Below are positions 17,781-26,426 of a stretch of DNA of 64,000 nt, one piece after another. The number at the start of each line of letters is the position of its first letter. Positions within the stretch are counted from its first letter, which is position 1. The notes beneath the pieces were generated by a model. That model searched no databases and was not told the origin of the DNA. It was given only the letters and a program-made list of their open reading frames with translations. Source of the DNA: a virus; the IMG/VR virus record IMGVR_UViG_3300035696_000014, positions 32,001 to 96,000 of that record; one strand, written 5' to 3'. A program made the position numbers and the translations under genes.

Positions 17781-19223
17781 CTATTCCGCTGCGGGGGCTG
17801 GTTCGGCGGCAGTCGCCAGTTTCTGCTCGGCGATCGCCTGTTCACGCTTCAGCTCCTCCAACTTCAGGCGAATCTGCTTCTTGGACTCCTTCTCGTCGTC
17901 TTCTGACGCCTTGGTGAAGCTCATCACGTTGCCAGAGACCGCGAACTTGCTCCTGGCTGTGTCGATCAACAACGGGTAAACAAGACCGTCTCGGCCGAAA
18001 CGGTTCTTGGCCACGCACAGGCGGCCCTCTCCGGTCGCTTTCTCGTGCGTCCGCCTGCTGAGGCTGAGGACTGCGTCAGCAACGAACGCCTTGCCGTACG
18101 CCTCGCTCATGTTGTTGAGGTCAACGACGTCAGCGCTGGAGCCCTCACGGTTGGACTGCGATGCGGTCCAGCCCGGGATGTGCTTCTCCTGCAAGAACGA
18201 CCGCAGCTCTTCGTAGATCAGCTTCAGCTCGTGCCGCAACGAATCGTACTGGCGGCTGCTGCGCATGATGTCAGCGTAGTCGATGATCAACAGATCAGGA
18301 CGGAAGCCCCTGAGGTCCAGGCGCTCGATGTGAGCTCTGATGGTGTAGATGCTGGCGGTGTTGGCCGGGAACTCCTTGATCATCAGCCGGCCCAGTTCCA
18401 TGTTCTTGTAGGAACCGATGATTTGGTCCTTGCTCTCGATGACGATGTTGCTGTCGATGTCGCAGAGGTTGGAGTCGTACCGTAGGCCCACCGCAGCTTC
18501 TGACAGCTCGAAGGTGTAGTGGAGGACGTTCTTCTTCTGTCTCAGGGCTTGAGCGCCCAACCACACCAGGAAGTGGCTCTTGCCGACGCCCGTGGGGGCG
18601 ATGACAACACCGAGCTCACCGGCGCCGAGGCCGCCATTGAGGACCTCCTTTCGGTCCAACTCATCGATGCCCGTCATCACGCAGTTGCGTTGCAGCCTGG
18701 TGAAGCGTGACTCGTAGTCAGAGAAGAAGTCGTGTCCAAGTGACGGTGTGGTGCCGACACACACTGCCTTCTTGATGCCCTCGACGATCTCTTCGTACTT
18801 GCCATCGTGCATCTTCTCGGCAGCCACCAACAGCTCGGCCTTCAAGGCCTGTTTGCGGCAGAAGTCCAGTGACTTCTCCTTGACGTACTGCAGGTCGCCT
18901 GACTCAGGGTTCGCCCGCATGCGGGTCAGGTACTCGATGATCTGGTCTCGAAGGATGACGTCGGTCCCCTGCTTCAGACCGTCCTTGATGATGGTGACCA
19001 GCAGCTGGAACGACGGGAAGACCTTGTACTGCTTCGAGTAATTGAAGTAGTTCTCGGCCAAGAACTGCAGGTACTTGAGGTCGAAGTACGAGACGTCAAA
19101 CACCTCCATCATCTGCTCAGCCCACTGCCTGTCGGTCAGCAGGGCCTGCATCACCTTCTCTTGGAAGGGTTTGCCGTACTGCGCAAAGTTGGCGTCGGTA
19201 CGGACGGGAGCGTGTTCGGTCAT
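17781..19223 (-). CDS. Replicative helicase (DnaB/T4 gp41-like)
   Basis: APTGVGKS, IDYAD, TASQSNR, KNRFG. Confidence 0.92.
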   Translation of the reverse strand: MTEHAPVRTDANFAQYGKPFQEKVMQALLTDRQWAEQMMEVFDVSYFDLKYLQFLAENYFNYSKQYKVFPSFQLLVTIIKDGLKQGTDVILRDQIIEYLTRMRANPESGDLQYVKEKSLDFCRKQALKAELLVAAEKMHDGKYEEIVEGIKKAVCVGTTPSLGHDFFSDYESRFTRLQRNCVMTGIDELDRKEVLNGGLGAGELGVVIAPTGVGKSHFLVWLGAQALRQKKNVLHYTFELSEAAVGLRYDSNLCDIDSNIVIESKDQIIGSYKNMELGRLMIKEFPANTASIYTIRAHIERLDLRGFRPDLLIIDYADIMRSSRQYDSLRHELKLIYEELRSFLQEKHIPGWTASQSNREGSSADVVDLNNMSEAYGKAFVADAVLSLSRRTHEKATGEGRLCVAKNRFGRDGLVYPLLIDTARSKFAVSGNVMSFTKASEDDEKESKKQIRLKLEELKREQAIAEQKLATAAEPAPAAE

Positions 19224-20197
19224 GTGGATTCTCCGGTCTTCTGTTGCAGGTTCTCGATGCAGTGGAAGGCGTAGAAGAAGTCCTCCACATCAAAGTCACC
19301 GATACCCTCTTTCACTAGTTGCTTCACCAGCCCCATCCTATCCGCCCGGGGGACGAAGTTCTGGATCCGGTGATCGATCTGCTGTTGCTGCTGTGCTGAC
19401 AACATGCTGCCGTCGAGGTAGACCAAACGCCAGTTGCGCTTGACGTCCTCCTCCTGCTCAACGATGCGCTCGTACTTGGGCGACTCGTCGATGTGGGCGT
19501 GAGCGTAGTCAATGACCTGTTGCAACAGCACATCCTCTTCGATGCCCAGGAACGGGAACAGCTTGGCAACCGTCTTGAAACCACAACCCTTGATGCCGGG
19601 AACGTTGTCGCCAGGATCACCGCACAGCGACTTCGCCAACGCAAAGTGTTTTGCCTGGACGCGAAATTCCTCCATGACAGTCTCTTTCGTGACGAAAGTC
19701 TTCTTGTGCAAGCTGTAGACCCGGGTATGGTCATCCAGCAGCTGGTAGAGGTCCTTGTCCGACGAGACGATGATCTTCTCTTCCGCCCGCATCGGTCCGC
19801 GGCATAGGTATGCGACCAGGTCGTCTCCTTCACAGTCAGAGACGTACAACTGGCACATGGGCGCGCACCTTGTCATGTGCAGCAGCGCTTCGATCTGGTG
19901 CTTCTTGTTGTCGTCGGTGTCGGGGATGTCGTCCTCGTAGAAGCGGTTCAGCTTCTCGGGCTTGCGGTTCATCTTGTACTCACTGTAGAGACGGCGACGC
20001 TTGGTCGATCCCCCTCCCTCCCAGCAGATGTAGACTGCCTTAGGCTGTGACTCGAAGACCACCCTTCGTAGCGTCTTCAGGAAACCGATGGTGCCTCCCA
20101 TCTGGTAACCGTGCGCCGACATCGTCGGGTATGCACTGTAGCTACGAACGAAGAGGTTCATCGCGTCGACGATCAGAACCGGACGCGTATTTGACAT
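19220..20197 (-). CDS. 5'-3' exonuclease / flap endonuclease (T4 RNase H-like)
   Basis: IVDAMN, YKMNR, EGDD, SSDKD, GDPGDNVPG. Confidence 0.9.
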   Translation of the reverse strand: MSNTRPVLIVDAMNLFVRSYSAYPTMSAHGYQMGGTIGFLKTLRRVVFESQPKAVYICWEGGGSTKRRRLYSEYKMNRKPEKLNRFYEDDIPDTDDNKKHQIEALLHMTRCAPMCQLYVSDCEGDDLVAYLCRGPMRAEEKIIVSSDKDLYQLLDDHTRVYSLHKKTFVTKETVMEEFRVQAKHFALAKSLCGDPGDNVPGIKGCGFKTVAKLFPFLGIEEDVLLQQVIDYAHAHIDESPKYERIVEQEEDVKRNWRLVYLDGSMLSAQQQQQIDHRIQNFVPRADRMGLVKQLVKEGIGDFDVEDFFYAFHCIENLQQKTGEST

Positions 20198-20204
20198 GTC
20201 CTAC

Positions 20205-20233
20205 ACTGTAACCCCGGACGGGCCGAGAGTTCA
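20205..20233 (-). promoter_or_regulatory. Class-1 promoter TGAAC-N18-TACAGT (leaderless)
   Basis: Motif read directly; TGA is the upstream stop; ATG 7 nt downstream. Confidence 0.7.
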
Positions 20234-20509
20234 GGCGGCAGGTTTGGGTGGATCCTTCGGCAGCAGAGCAGCGATCTCCATCACCAGTTGGGCGATGGGC
20301 TTCGCCAGATCATCTGCATCGAGGGTCACCTTTTCAGCTGGCGTCACGTGGAGCAGGTTGACCTGCAGCTTGCCGTTGTGTAGCGTCAGCGAATGAGAGT
20401 GCCTGGCTATGGGTGGGAAACGGCGGGTCAGGTGTTGCAGCAACGAGTGCGCGCCGCCCAACGATCCCGGGATGACCACCAACCGCTTGTCAGTCTCTGT
20501 CTCGTTCAT
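20231..20509 (-). CDS. Hypothetical protein
   Basis: Coupled ORF (ATGA overlap). Confidence 0.6.
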   Translation of the reverse strand: MNETETDKRLVVIPGSLGGAHSLLQHLTRRFPPIARHSHSLTLHNGKLQVNLLHVTPAEKVTLDADDLAKPIAQLVMEIAALLPKDPPKPAA

Positions 20510-20907
20510 TTCGTCACCAGCTTCACGTTGCCGAAGAAGCTCTCCCAGCAGTCACCGCTGGTGTCAAACTCCACGCACACTCGGATGTCCTCGTCGCCGA
20601 TGATGGTGTCCTTGATGACCTTGAACAGCTCAAAGTCGGCAACCATCTCTTGCGAGTGAGGGCGACGTTCGGACCGGCGCAGCTCAGCGTCTTCCTTCGT
20701 CTCCTTGCAATCACGCCAGGTCGGGCTCGTCGACAACAGCTCGCACAGCTTGGGCGACGCATGGATGTCACAGAAGCGCAGTTTCAGGTTGCGGCTGTAC
20801 GGGTTGCGCTGCTTGACAGCGTCGAACATCTCCTTGCGGCAGGCGACGATGGTGTCGACCAGCGTCTCGACCTTGGGAGAGATCTTCCAGGTGAGCTTGG
20901 AGTCCAT
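20506..20907 (-). CDS. Hypothetical protein, possible degenerate major-capsid A-domain fragment
   Basis: ETLVDTI...ASPKLCELL...FKVIKDT...IRV pattern resembles the adjacent ORF and gp23-like capsids. Confidence 0.4.
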   Translation of the reverse strand: MDSKLTWKISPKVETLVDTIVACRKEMFDAVKQRNPYSRNLKLRFCDIHASPKLCELLSTSPTWRDCKETKEDAELRRSERRPHSQEMVADFELFKVIKDTIIGDEDIRVCVEFDTSGDCWESFFGNVKLVTK

Positions 20908-21329
20908 CAGTCCTCCAGGATGTGCACCCGGCCCTGCTTCATCTGGGTGCGGCCGCCGAGCTTGTATTCGATCTCGACTTGGATCTGGAAGCGGTTCTGG
21001 TCCCTGTCCTCTTCGACGATCATCTGGCAGAGCTCGCCTCGTCCGTTCTCAGTGGGCTTGTAGAGGATCGACGCTTCGAAGAAGCACAGGGTGTCAGCGT
21101 CACACCGGACGAAGACGCGGTCAGCCTTGCAGCCAGCGTCCTTCTCCAGGTGGTTCCGCATGTCGATGACGGTCTCCACCAGGGTCTCGTACCACTCACG
21201 GACGGAGCCAGTGAACTTGGGCCCGATGCTGATGCCCTCGAGGCGGATCTGTTGCCCGCTCTGCTTGTTGACGAAGACACCGGGGTTGCGGTTCCAGAAG
21301 AAGACGCGTTGCAGGTTGGTTCGTTTCAT
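20907..21329 (-). CDS. Stand-alone fragment resembling a gp23-like major capsid protein
   Basis: FFWNRNPGVFVNK.SG, GPKFTGSVREWYETLVETVID, EASILYKP; ATG after GGGGAG. Confidence 0.6.
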   Translation of the reverse strand: MKRTNLQRVFFWNRNPGVFVNKQSGQQIRLEGISIGPKFTGSVREWYETLVETVIDMRNHLEKDAGCKADRVFVRCDADTLCFFEASILYKPTENGRGELCQMIVEEDRDQNRFQIQVEIEYKLGGRTQMKQGRVHILED

Positions 21330-21339
21330 GGTCTCCCCA

Positions 21340-21771
21340 TCATACTCCAGTCGAGCCCCATCCTCCAGCTCCACGCTTCGTCTCCGAAAGCTCGTCGGCC
21401 TCGTCGAACTCCGCCACGGTGACCGGGGCGAAGACGAACTGGCAGATGCGCTGGCCACGGACGATCTGCTGCTCGCAGTCGCTGGTGTTGTGCAGCAGGA
21501 CCTTCATCTCGCCGCGATAATCGCTATCGATGGTGCCTGGCGAATTGAGCAGGGTCACGCCCTGCTGGAGGGCGAGTCCCGACCGCGGCCTGCACTGGCA
21601 CTCGTAGCCCTCGGGTATCTCGAGAAAAAGTCCCGTGCCTACCAGGACCTTACCCCTTGGCGGGATGGTGACGTTTTCGTTGGAGCACACGTCACAGCCG
21701 GCCGATCCCGGCGTCTTGTAGACCGGGACCGGCACGTCTGAGCTTGCCCGCTTGATGCGGACGCGGATCAC
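21340..21771 (-). CDS. dut: Trimeric dUTPase
   Basis: AGCD, PRSGLA, GTIDSDYRGE, RICQ, RGAGGWGSTG. Confidence 0.95.
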   Translation of the reverse strand: MIRVRIKRASSDVPVPVYKTPGSAGCDVCSNENVTIPPRGKVLVGTGLFLEIPEGYECQCRPRSGLALQQGVTLLNSPGTIDSDYRGEMKVLLHNTSDCEQQIVRGQRICQFVFAPVTVAEFDEADELSETKRGAGGWGSTGV

Positions 21772-23012
21772 GCCGCTTCCTCGTCGCCGTCGTCAGCTGG
21801 GCTCTCGCCCTCGCTCACCAGCTCATCCAGGCTGGGCGGCTTCAGGGTGTAGGCAGCATCGATGATGTAGTCGACGAAGGGCTTGTACTGCACGTCCTTC
21901 ATCACCTCGTCGAAAGCGCTCTTGACGAACTTCTTCTCGACCAGCACTTCGCCCGTCTCGGCATCGCTGACAGTCAGGTCCTTCCAGGCCTGGGTGCCGT
22001 TGATGCTGAGCTCGCACTTGCGCTTGCCGTCCTTCGGGTTGATCTCGAACTCGCCGTGCACCTTGTTCTTGGAGCAGTAGTCCCGCACCTCGTCGAAGAT
22101 GTACTCGTGCTCGACGATCCCCTTGCCGAAGATGATGTCGAACTCGTACTTGCGGAACGGCGGCGCCACCTTGTTCTTCTTCACCGTCATGATGACGTGG
22201 ATGCCGATGACGTTGCCGTGCTTGTCCTTGACCTGCGTGCCGCTGGTGAGGCGGATGCGGACCGAGGCGTGGTACGGGATCGCCTTGCCACCCGGCGTCG
22301 TCTGCGGGTCACCGTGGGTGACACCGATGGCGTCACGCAGCTGGTTGATGCAGAGCAACGTCGCGTGGGTCTGGCCGATGACCCCCGTCACCTTCCGCAT
22401 GCCGCGGCTGATGATGCGGGCCTGGAGGCCGACGGTGTTGTCGTCGTACTCACCCTCGAGCTCCGCCTTAGGAGACGAAGCGGCGACCGAGTCCCAGATG
22501 ACGAGGATGGGCTTGTCCTTCGACGAAGCAATCGACTTGGCTTTCAAGACGACGTCTTCGACGATCTTGAAGACCTCCTCGGTGCAGTGAGTGTCGCAGT
22601 AGATGAAGCGCCGACCGATGTCGACCCCCATCGCCGCCAGCTTGTCGACCGGCGTCGCGTTCTCAGTGTCGATGTAGACGACCAGGCCACCCATCTTCTG
22701 GACGATGGCCGCGCACGCGTAGGCGATGTGCGACTTGCCGATCGATGGGGTACCTGCGACTTCGATGATGCGGCCCTCAGGGAACCCGCCACCCGCACAG
22801 TTGCGGATCGCGTAGTCCATCTGGATGCTGCTCGTCGGCAGCCACCGCTTCACAACCGTGGGCGCTTCGTCCTCACCCAGGTTGTACGCCACCCTCATGC
22901 CGAACTCCTTGTTGAGGTCCTTGATGAGGGTAGAGGTGAGCTCATCGAGCTCGTCCCTCTCCCTCTTCTTGGGCTTCACCTCGGAGTCGGCAGCTTTCGC
23001 CGCCTTCGCCAT
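21768..23012 (-). CDS. recA: RecA/UvsX recombinase
   Basis: GFPEGRIIE, GTPSIGKS, YIDTE, WDSVA, INQLR, TPGGKA, KNKVAPPF. Confidence 0.93.
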   Translation of the reverse strand: MAKAAKAADSEVKPKKRERDELDELTSTLIKDLNKEFGMRVAYNLGEDEAPTVVKRWLPTSSIQMDYAIRNCAGGGFPEGRIIEVAGTPSIGKSHIAYACAAIVQKMGGLVVYIDTENATPVDKLAAMGVDIGRRFIYCDTHCTEEVFKIVEDVVLKAKSIASSKDKPILVIWDSVAASSPKAELEGEYDDNTVGLQARIISRGMRKVTGVIGQTHATLLCINQLRDAIGVTHGDPQTTPGGKAIPYHASVRIRLTSGTQVKDKHGNVIGIHVIMTVKKNKVAPPFRKYEFDIIFGKGIVEHEYIFDEVRDYCSKNKVHGEFEINPKDGKRKCELSINGTQAWKDLTVSDAETGEVLVEKKFVKSAFDEVMKDVQYKPFVDYIIDAAYTLKPPSLDELVSEGESPADDGDEEAA

Positions 23013-23020
23013 GTGCTACC

Positions 23021-23920
23021 TCAGTCTTCCTTCGTCAGCTCGGCGAAGGCCGCGTCCAGGTCCGTTGCCTTGCCCGTCGGTGCTTCCGCGTCGAGGTCTG
23101 CGTCGGCCTTCTTGCCGCCGCCACGCCCACCACGCTTCGCTTCCGCCTTGGGAGCCTCTGCCTTCGCGGCGGGCTTCACCTCGGCCTTGACCTCGTTGAC
23201 CAGCTGGTCGAGCTCGTCCTGCGGCTTGTCACCGCGTGAGGAGCCGTCGCTGTTGTCGTCGGCGCCACCGCCGGCGAGCCAGTCGTTCAGGATCTTCTCG
23301 ATCTCCTGAGGCGTCTTCTGCCGGTACATGTCGTCGATGTTCGGCACCGCCTCGAGCCACTTCTTGGCCGTCTCGGGGTCGTCGGACAGCTTGGTCGACT
23401 TCGGACGGAAGCTGACGTCGGTGTCCATGAACTGCTTGCCCTGTGCCTGGGTGATCGTCACCTTCAGGTCGAAGCCCGCCTCCGGGTCCAGGATGTCGCC
23501 GGCGTCCTCGTCGGTGAAGAAGCCGAGCAGCTTCTGGTACACCGTCTTGCCGAACGACCACACCAGGACGCCCTTGTCCTCCTGGCCGCGGACGACGATG
23601 GGCATGTACGCCCTCATCTTCGGCTGGAGCTTCTTCGCCAGCAGGCGGTCTTCCGGCTTGCCGGTGCTGTACAGCTTCCGCAGCAAGTCGTTGATGGGAT
23701 CCGGCTTGCCGAACTGCGACGGCGCCAGGATGCCCGGGTTGTTGCCGATGTAGTAGAAGCGACGCTCGACGAACGGCATGCCGTCCGGGGTCGACTTCCA
23801 GGGGAGTCCCCTGACCTTGTACTCGCCAACCGTGGGCTTCCACAGCTGGACCGATGAGTTCTTGCGCTGACCGCTCAGTTCCTGGACCCGCTTGCGGATC
23901 GCTTCGAGATCGACTGCCAT
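23021..23920 (-). CDS. Single-stranded DNA-binding protein (T4 gp32-like)
   Basis: LWKP, WSFGKTVY, DPEAGFDL, acidic tail DLDAAFAEL; next to RecA. Confidence 0.85.
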   Translation of the reverse strand: MAVDLEAIRKRVQELSGQRKNSSVQLWKPTVGEYKVRGLPWKSTPDGMPFVERRFYYIGNNPGILAPSQFGKPDPINDLLRKLYSTGKPEDRLLAKKLQPKMRAYMPIVVRGQEDKGVLVWSFGKTVYQKLLGFFTDEDAGDILDPEAGFDLKVTITQAQGKQFMDTDVSFRPKSTKLSDDPETAKKWLEAVPNIDDMYRQKTPQEIEKILNDWLAGGGADDNSDGSSRGDKPQDELDQLVNEVKAEVKPAAKAEAPKAEAKRGGRGGGKKADADLDAEAPTGKATDLDAAFAELTKED

Positions 23921-23944
23921 TTCCTATTCCTCGTTCCTTTTCCT
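23921..23944 (-). repeat. Four AGGAA repeats in the SSB leader
   Basis: TTCCT on plus strand at 23921, 23927, 23934, 23940. Confidence 0.7.
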
Positions 23945-23979
23945 CACGGCATAGATGTCATCTGCGCCATGCAGATTGC

Positions 23980-24008
23980 ATCGTACCGTCAAGCCTGTTC
24001 TGTGTTCA
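23980..24008 (-). promoter_or_regulatory. Class-1 promoter TGAAC-N18-TACGAT
   Basis: Motif read directly upstream of the SSB gene. Confidence 0.7.
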
Positions 24009-24066
24009 AGCGCAGAGCGCAAACGTCGCCACCCTGCAATCTACGTTGCAGCGGCTCCGTTGGGCA

Positions 24067-24288
24067 TCACTTTCGGGACTTGTTTTTCTTTCGGCCAAGC
24101 CTGTCAGGGTCTGAACCCGCTGGCGCCGTGTATCCCGAGATCCCGCCCACTCCGGCGAACTCATCCATCCCCTCATCCGCTTCCCCGTCACCCTCTTGCC
24201 GACCGTCCGACACAAGCTGATTTGGCACCCTTGCGAGGTGCGCCTCTACCACTTCCCGAATGTACCGCACGAGCAATCGCTTGCCCAT
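24067..24288 (-). CDS. Small protein with LLxxYIREVVE N-terminus (late-type promoter)
   Basis: TATTTA 4 nt before ATG. Confidence 0.65.
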   Translation of the reverse strand: MGKRLLVRYIREVVEAHLARVPNQLVSDGRQEGDGEADEGMDEFAGVGGISGYTAPAGSDPDRLGRKKNKSRK

Positions 24289-24318
24289 GATCTAAATACA
24301 CCATCGAGGGCGGCTTGT

Positions 24319-24534
24319 CTAGGTTTTTGCCTTGGCGCAGGTGACATGATGGGCCAGCATGCGGCCGTACCCGTGGGGCAGCTTCTTCAGCTGTTCACGC
24401 CGATCCTGCGGGAACCAGTAGTCGGGGCAGGTGCACTCGACGGCGGCCTGAGCCTTGCACGCGAGACAGTTGTTGCGAGAAGCCAGAGCCTCGATGGTGT
24501 TCCAGGGCTCGCAAGTGTGTCCGCTGAAGCTCAT
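24319..24534 (-). CDS. Small Cys/His-rich hypothetical protein
   Basis: ATGA overlap with HD gene stop. Confidence 0.45.
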   Translation of the reverse strand: MSFSGHTCEPWNTIEALASRNNCLACKAQAAVECTCPDYWFPQDRREQLKKLPHGYGRMLAHHVTCAKAKT

Positions 24535-25148
24535 TCCGTCGGCCAGATGAGCCCGGGCTTCTCTTCCATCGTCGAGATGTAGTCGGCGGTCTGGACGCCG
24601 TAGACGAGGGGCCGGATCTTCAGGCAGTACTTCTTGTTCTCTTCGGGCTTGAAGCCGTCGTTGAGCTTGACGGCCAGCCACTCGTCCGTCGTCAGCTGGA
24701 TGCCGTAGTGCTGCATCACGAACAGCGAGCGGTCCGGGGTCGACAGGTACGGGAGGTCGTCGTTGTACTTGTACTCCTCGCCCATCTTGTCGGCTCGCCA
24801 CTGGTCGGTCTGGGGCAGGTAGAAGTCGTTCTCGCTGCCCTTGCCGGGCATGCCGACCTTGCCGATGTCATGGAACAGGGCCCCGATGATCATCGAGTCC
24901 TTCGGCAGCTTCCAGCCGTAGGCGTTGTTGAGGACGACGAGGTTGTTGAGCACCCGTAGCGAGTGGTCGACCAGTCCCCCGGCGAAAGCGCCGTGGTAGT
25001 CCCGCTTCGCCGACGCTGGGCACAGGCACAGCCTGTCCTCGAGATCGTCGAGCATCTCGGAAAGGGGCCGAGCACGGGTGCCCGCCTTCTCGCACAAGGA
25101 ACGAAACTTCTTCCAGTTCTGCTCGATCTGTTCCGGGGTCAACGACAT
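24531..25148 (-). CDS. HD-domain phosphohydrolase (YhaM-like HD)
   Basis: PAS...YHGAFAGGLVDHSL, HDIGK, TAD. Confidence 0.85.
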   Translation of the reverse strand: MSLTPEQIEQNWKKFRSLCEKAGTRARPLSEMLDDLEDRLCLCPASAKRDYHGAFAGGLVDHSLRVLNNLVVLNNAYGWKLPKDSMIIGALFHDIGKVGMPGKGSENDFYLPQTDQWRADKMGEEYKYNDDLPYLSTPDRSLFVMQHYGIQLTTDEWLAVKLNDGFKPEENKKYCLKIRPLVYGVQTADYISTMEEKPGLIWPTE

Positions 25149-25154
25149 GGCGAG

Positions 25155-25183
25155 ATCCTACCGTCGCTGTGCAGCCTTGTTCA
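25155..25183 (-). promoter_or_regulatory. Class-1 promoter TGAAC-N18-TAGGAT (leaderless)
   Basis: Motif read directly; TGA is the PolA stop; ATG 6 nt downstream. Confidence 0.7.
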
Positions 25184-26392
25184 ACACACTGGCTCGAGCC
25201 GCAGCGGGAAGTGCTGGACGTAGCCCTTGACCCTGACGTCGGTGATCTGTTGCACCGCCGGGAGCTCGTCGAGGTGGACGTCGATCAGCAGAGCATCGTG
25301 CAACGTCGCGACGGGCACCGACCTGGGCGCCGTCTGTTCTAGCCGCGTGATGACCTGGCTGAAGCCCAGCATGGTGACGTCGACACCCGTCGATTGCGCA
25401 TAGTAGTTGATGAGGACGTGGTCGAGGGGCTCGTCGACCTTGACGTGGCGCCCGTAGCGGTTCTCCAGGTGCCCCGTCGCGATGAACTGGGCCTTGATCC
25501 GCTTCAGGAGCTCGTTGGTGCGGAAGTACGCCTTCACCTGCTTGAGGAAGGTCTTCAGCTCCTTGCCCTCCATGCCGAGGTGCTTGCCCAGGACGTAGTC
25601 GTTCATCCCGTACAGCATGCTGATGACGGCACCCTTGACCACCTTGCGATCGCGTTGCAGCTCCCGGGCCATCATGCCGTAGAGGTCGGTCTCCTCACAC
25701 TTGCGGCCGTACTCGTAGAGGAGGATCCTGACCTCCAATGCTGCAAAGTCCAGAGCGAAGACCTTGCCTTGGTCTCCGTGCCGGCTGGCGATGACGTCAC
25801 GGTGTTCCCTCTTCAACGTCAGGATCTGCGGACCTGCATCGACGATGAGCCGCCCGGTCAGGGTGCCGAAGCGGTTGTAACAGATCGCGCTCGCGAAGCC
25901 GTCATCGTCAGGTTGGAACGACTTGACGGCGGGCACGTTGCCCTCCCCAGCCGCCACCAGCTCCCGCCAGCGTCCCCCGTTGACAGCCATCGGCTTCAGG
26001 CTGCGGAAGACGTAGTTTCCGGGCACCCAGACGGTCTTGTAGTAATCCAGCGGCGCCTTCTCCATGGCTGCCAGGCTACCGGAGATGATGTTTTTGGCGA
26101 AGGCACGGTGCTCCACCCCGGGCATCACCTTGGCCCAGGGCACCGGCTGGTTCCCAAGCGAACCTGACATCAGGGACATCGCCTGGGTGAACCTGGGCGG
26201 GGGCTCGGTGGGCAGGGCGATGTTGCCGAGCCGGAACGCGGTGTCGAGGCACCAGTCGCTGCTGTCCTTGCAGTGGCCGCTGAGCCACCAGGTGTCGGGC
26301 GGGACCTCAGTCACCCACTCGTATGTCCCATCAACGGCGACGAAGTGCCTGTCGGTTCCAAGGACTCGCTGGTCGATGCACAGGCGTGGCAC
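25181..26392 (-). CDS. Short family A DNA polymerase (polymerase domain only)
   Basis: TLTGRL, motif A DFAALEVRIL, motif B RKVVKGAVISMLYG, NYYAQS, motif C LHDAL; GTG start after TACGAT. Confidence 0.82.
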   Translation of the reverse strand: MPRLCIDQRVLGTDRHFVAVDGTYEWVTEVPPDTWWLSGHCKDSSDWCLDTAFRLGNIALPTEPPPRFTQAMSLMSGSLGNQPVPWAKVMPGVEHRAFAKNIISGSLAAMEKAPLDYYKTVWVPGNYVFRSLKPMAVNGGRWRELVAAGEGNVPAVKSFQPDDDGFASAICYNRFGTLTGRLIVDAGPQILTLKREHRDVIASRHGDQGKVFALDFAALEVRILLYEYGRKCEETDLYGMMARELQRDRKVVKGAVISMLYGMNDYVLGKHLGMEGKELKTFLKQVKAYFRTNELLKRIKAQFIATGHLENRYGRHVKVDEPLDHVLINYYAQSTGVDVTMLGFSQVITRLEQTAPRSVPVATLHDALLIDVHLDELPAVQQITDVRVKGYVQHFPLRLEPVC

Positions 26393-26426
26393 CACTCCAT
26401 CGTACCCACTTTGGGCACGCTCTACA

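Noticed and set aside
10951-26392. Possible 2-aminoadenine (dZ) system from HD + MazG-like + PolA
   Set aside because: No PurZ in the window, the genes are not clustered, and the HD protein looks YhaM-like rather than DatZ-like
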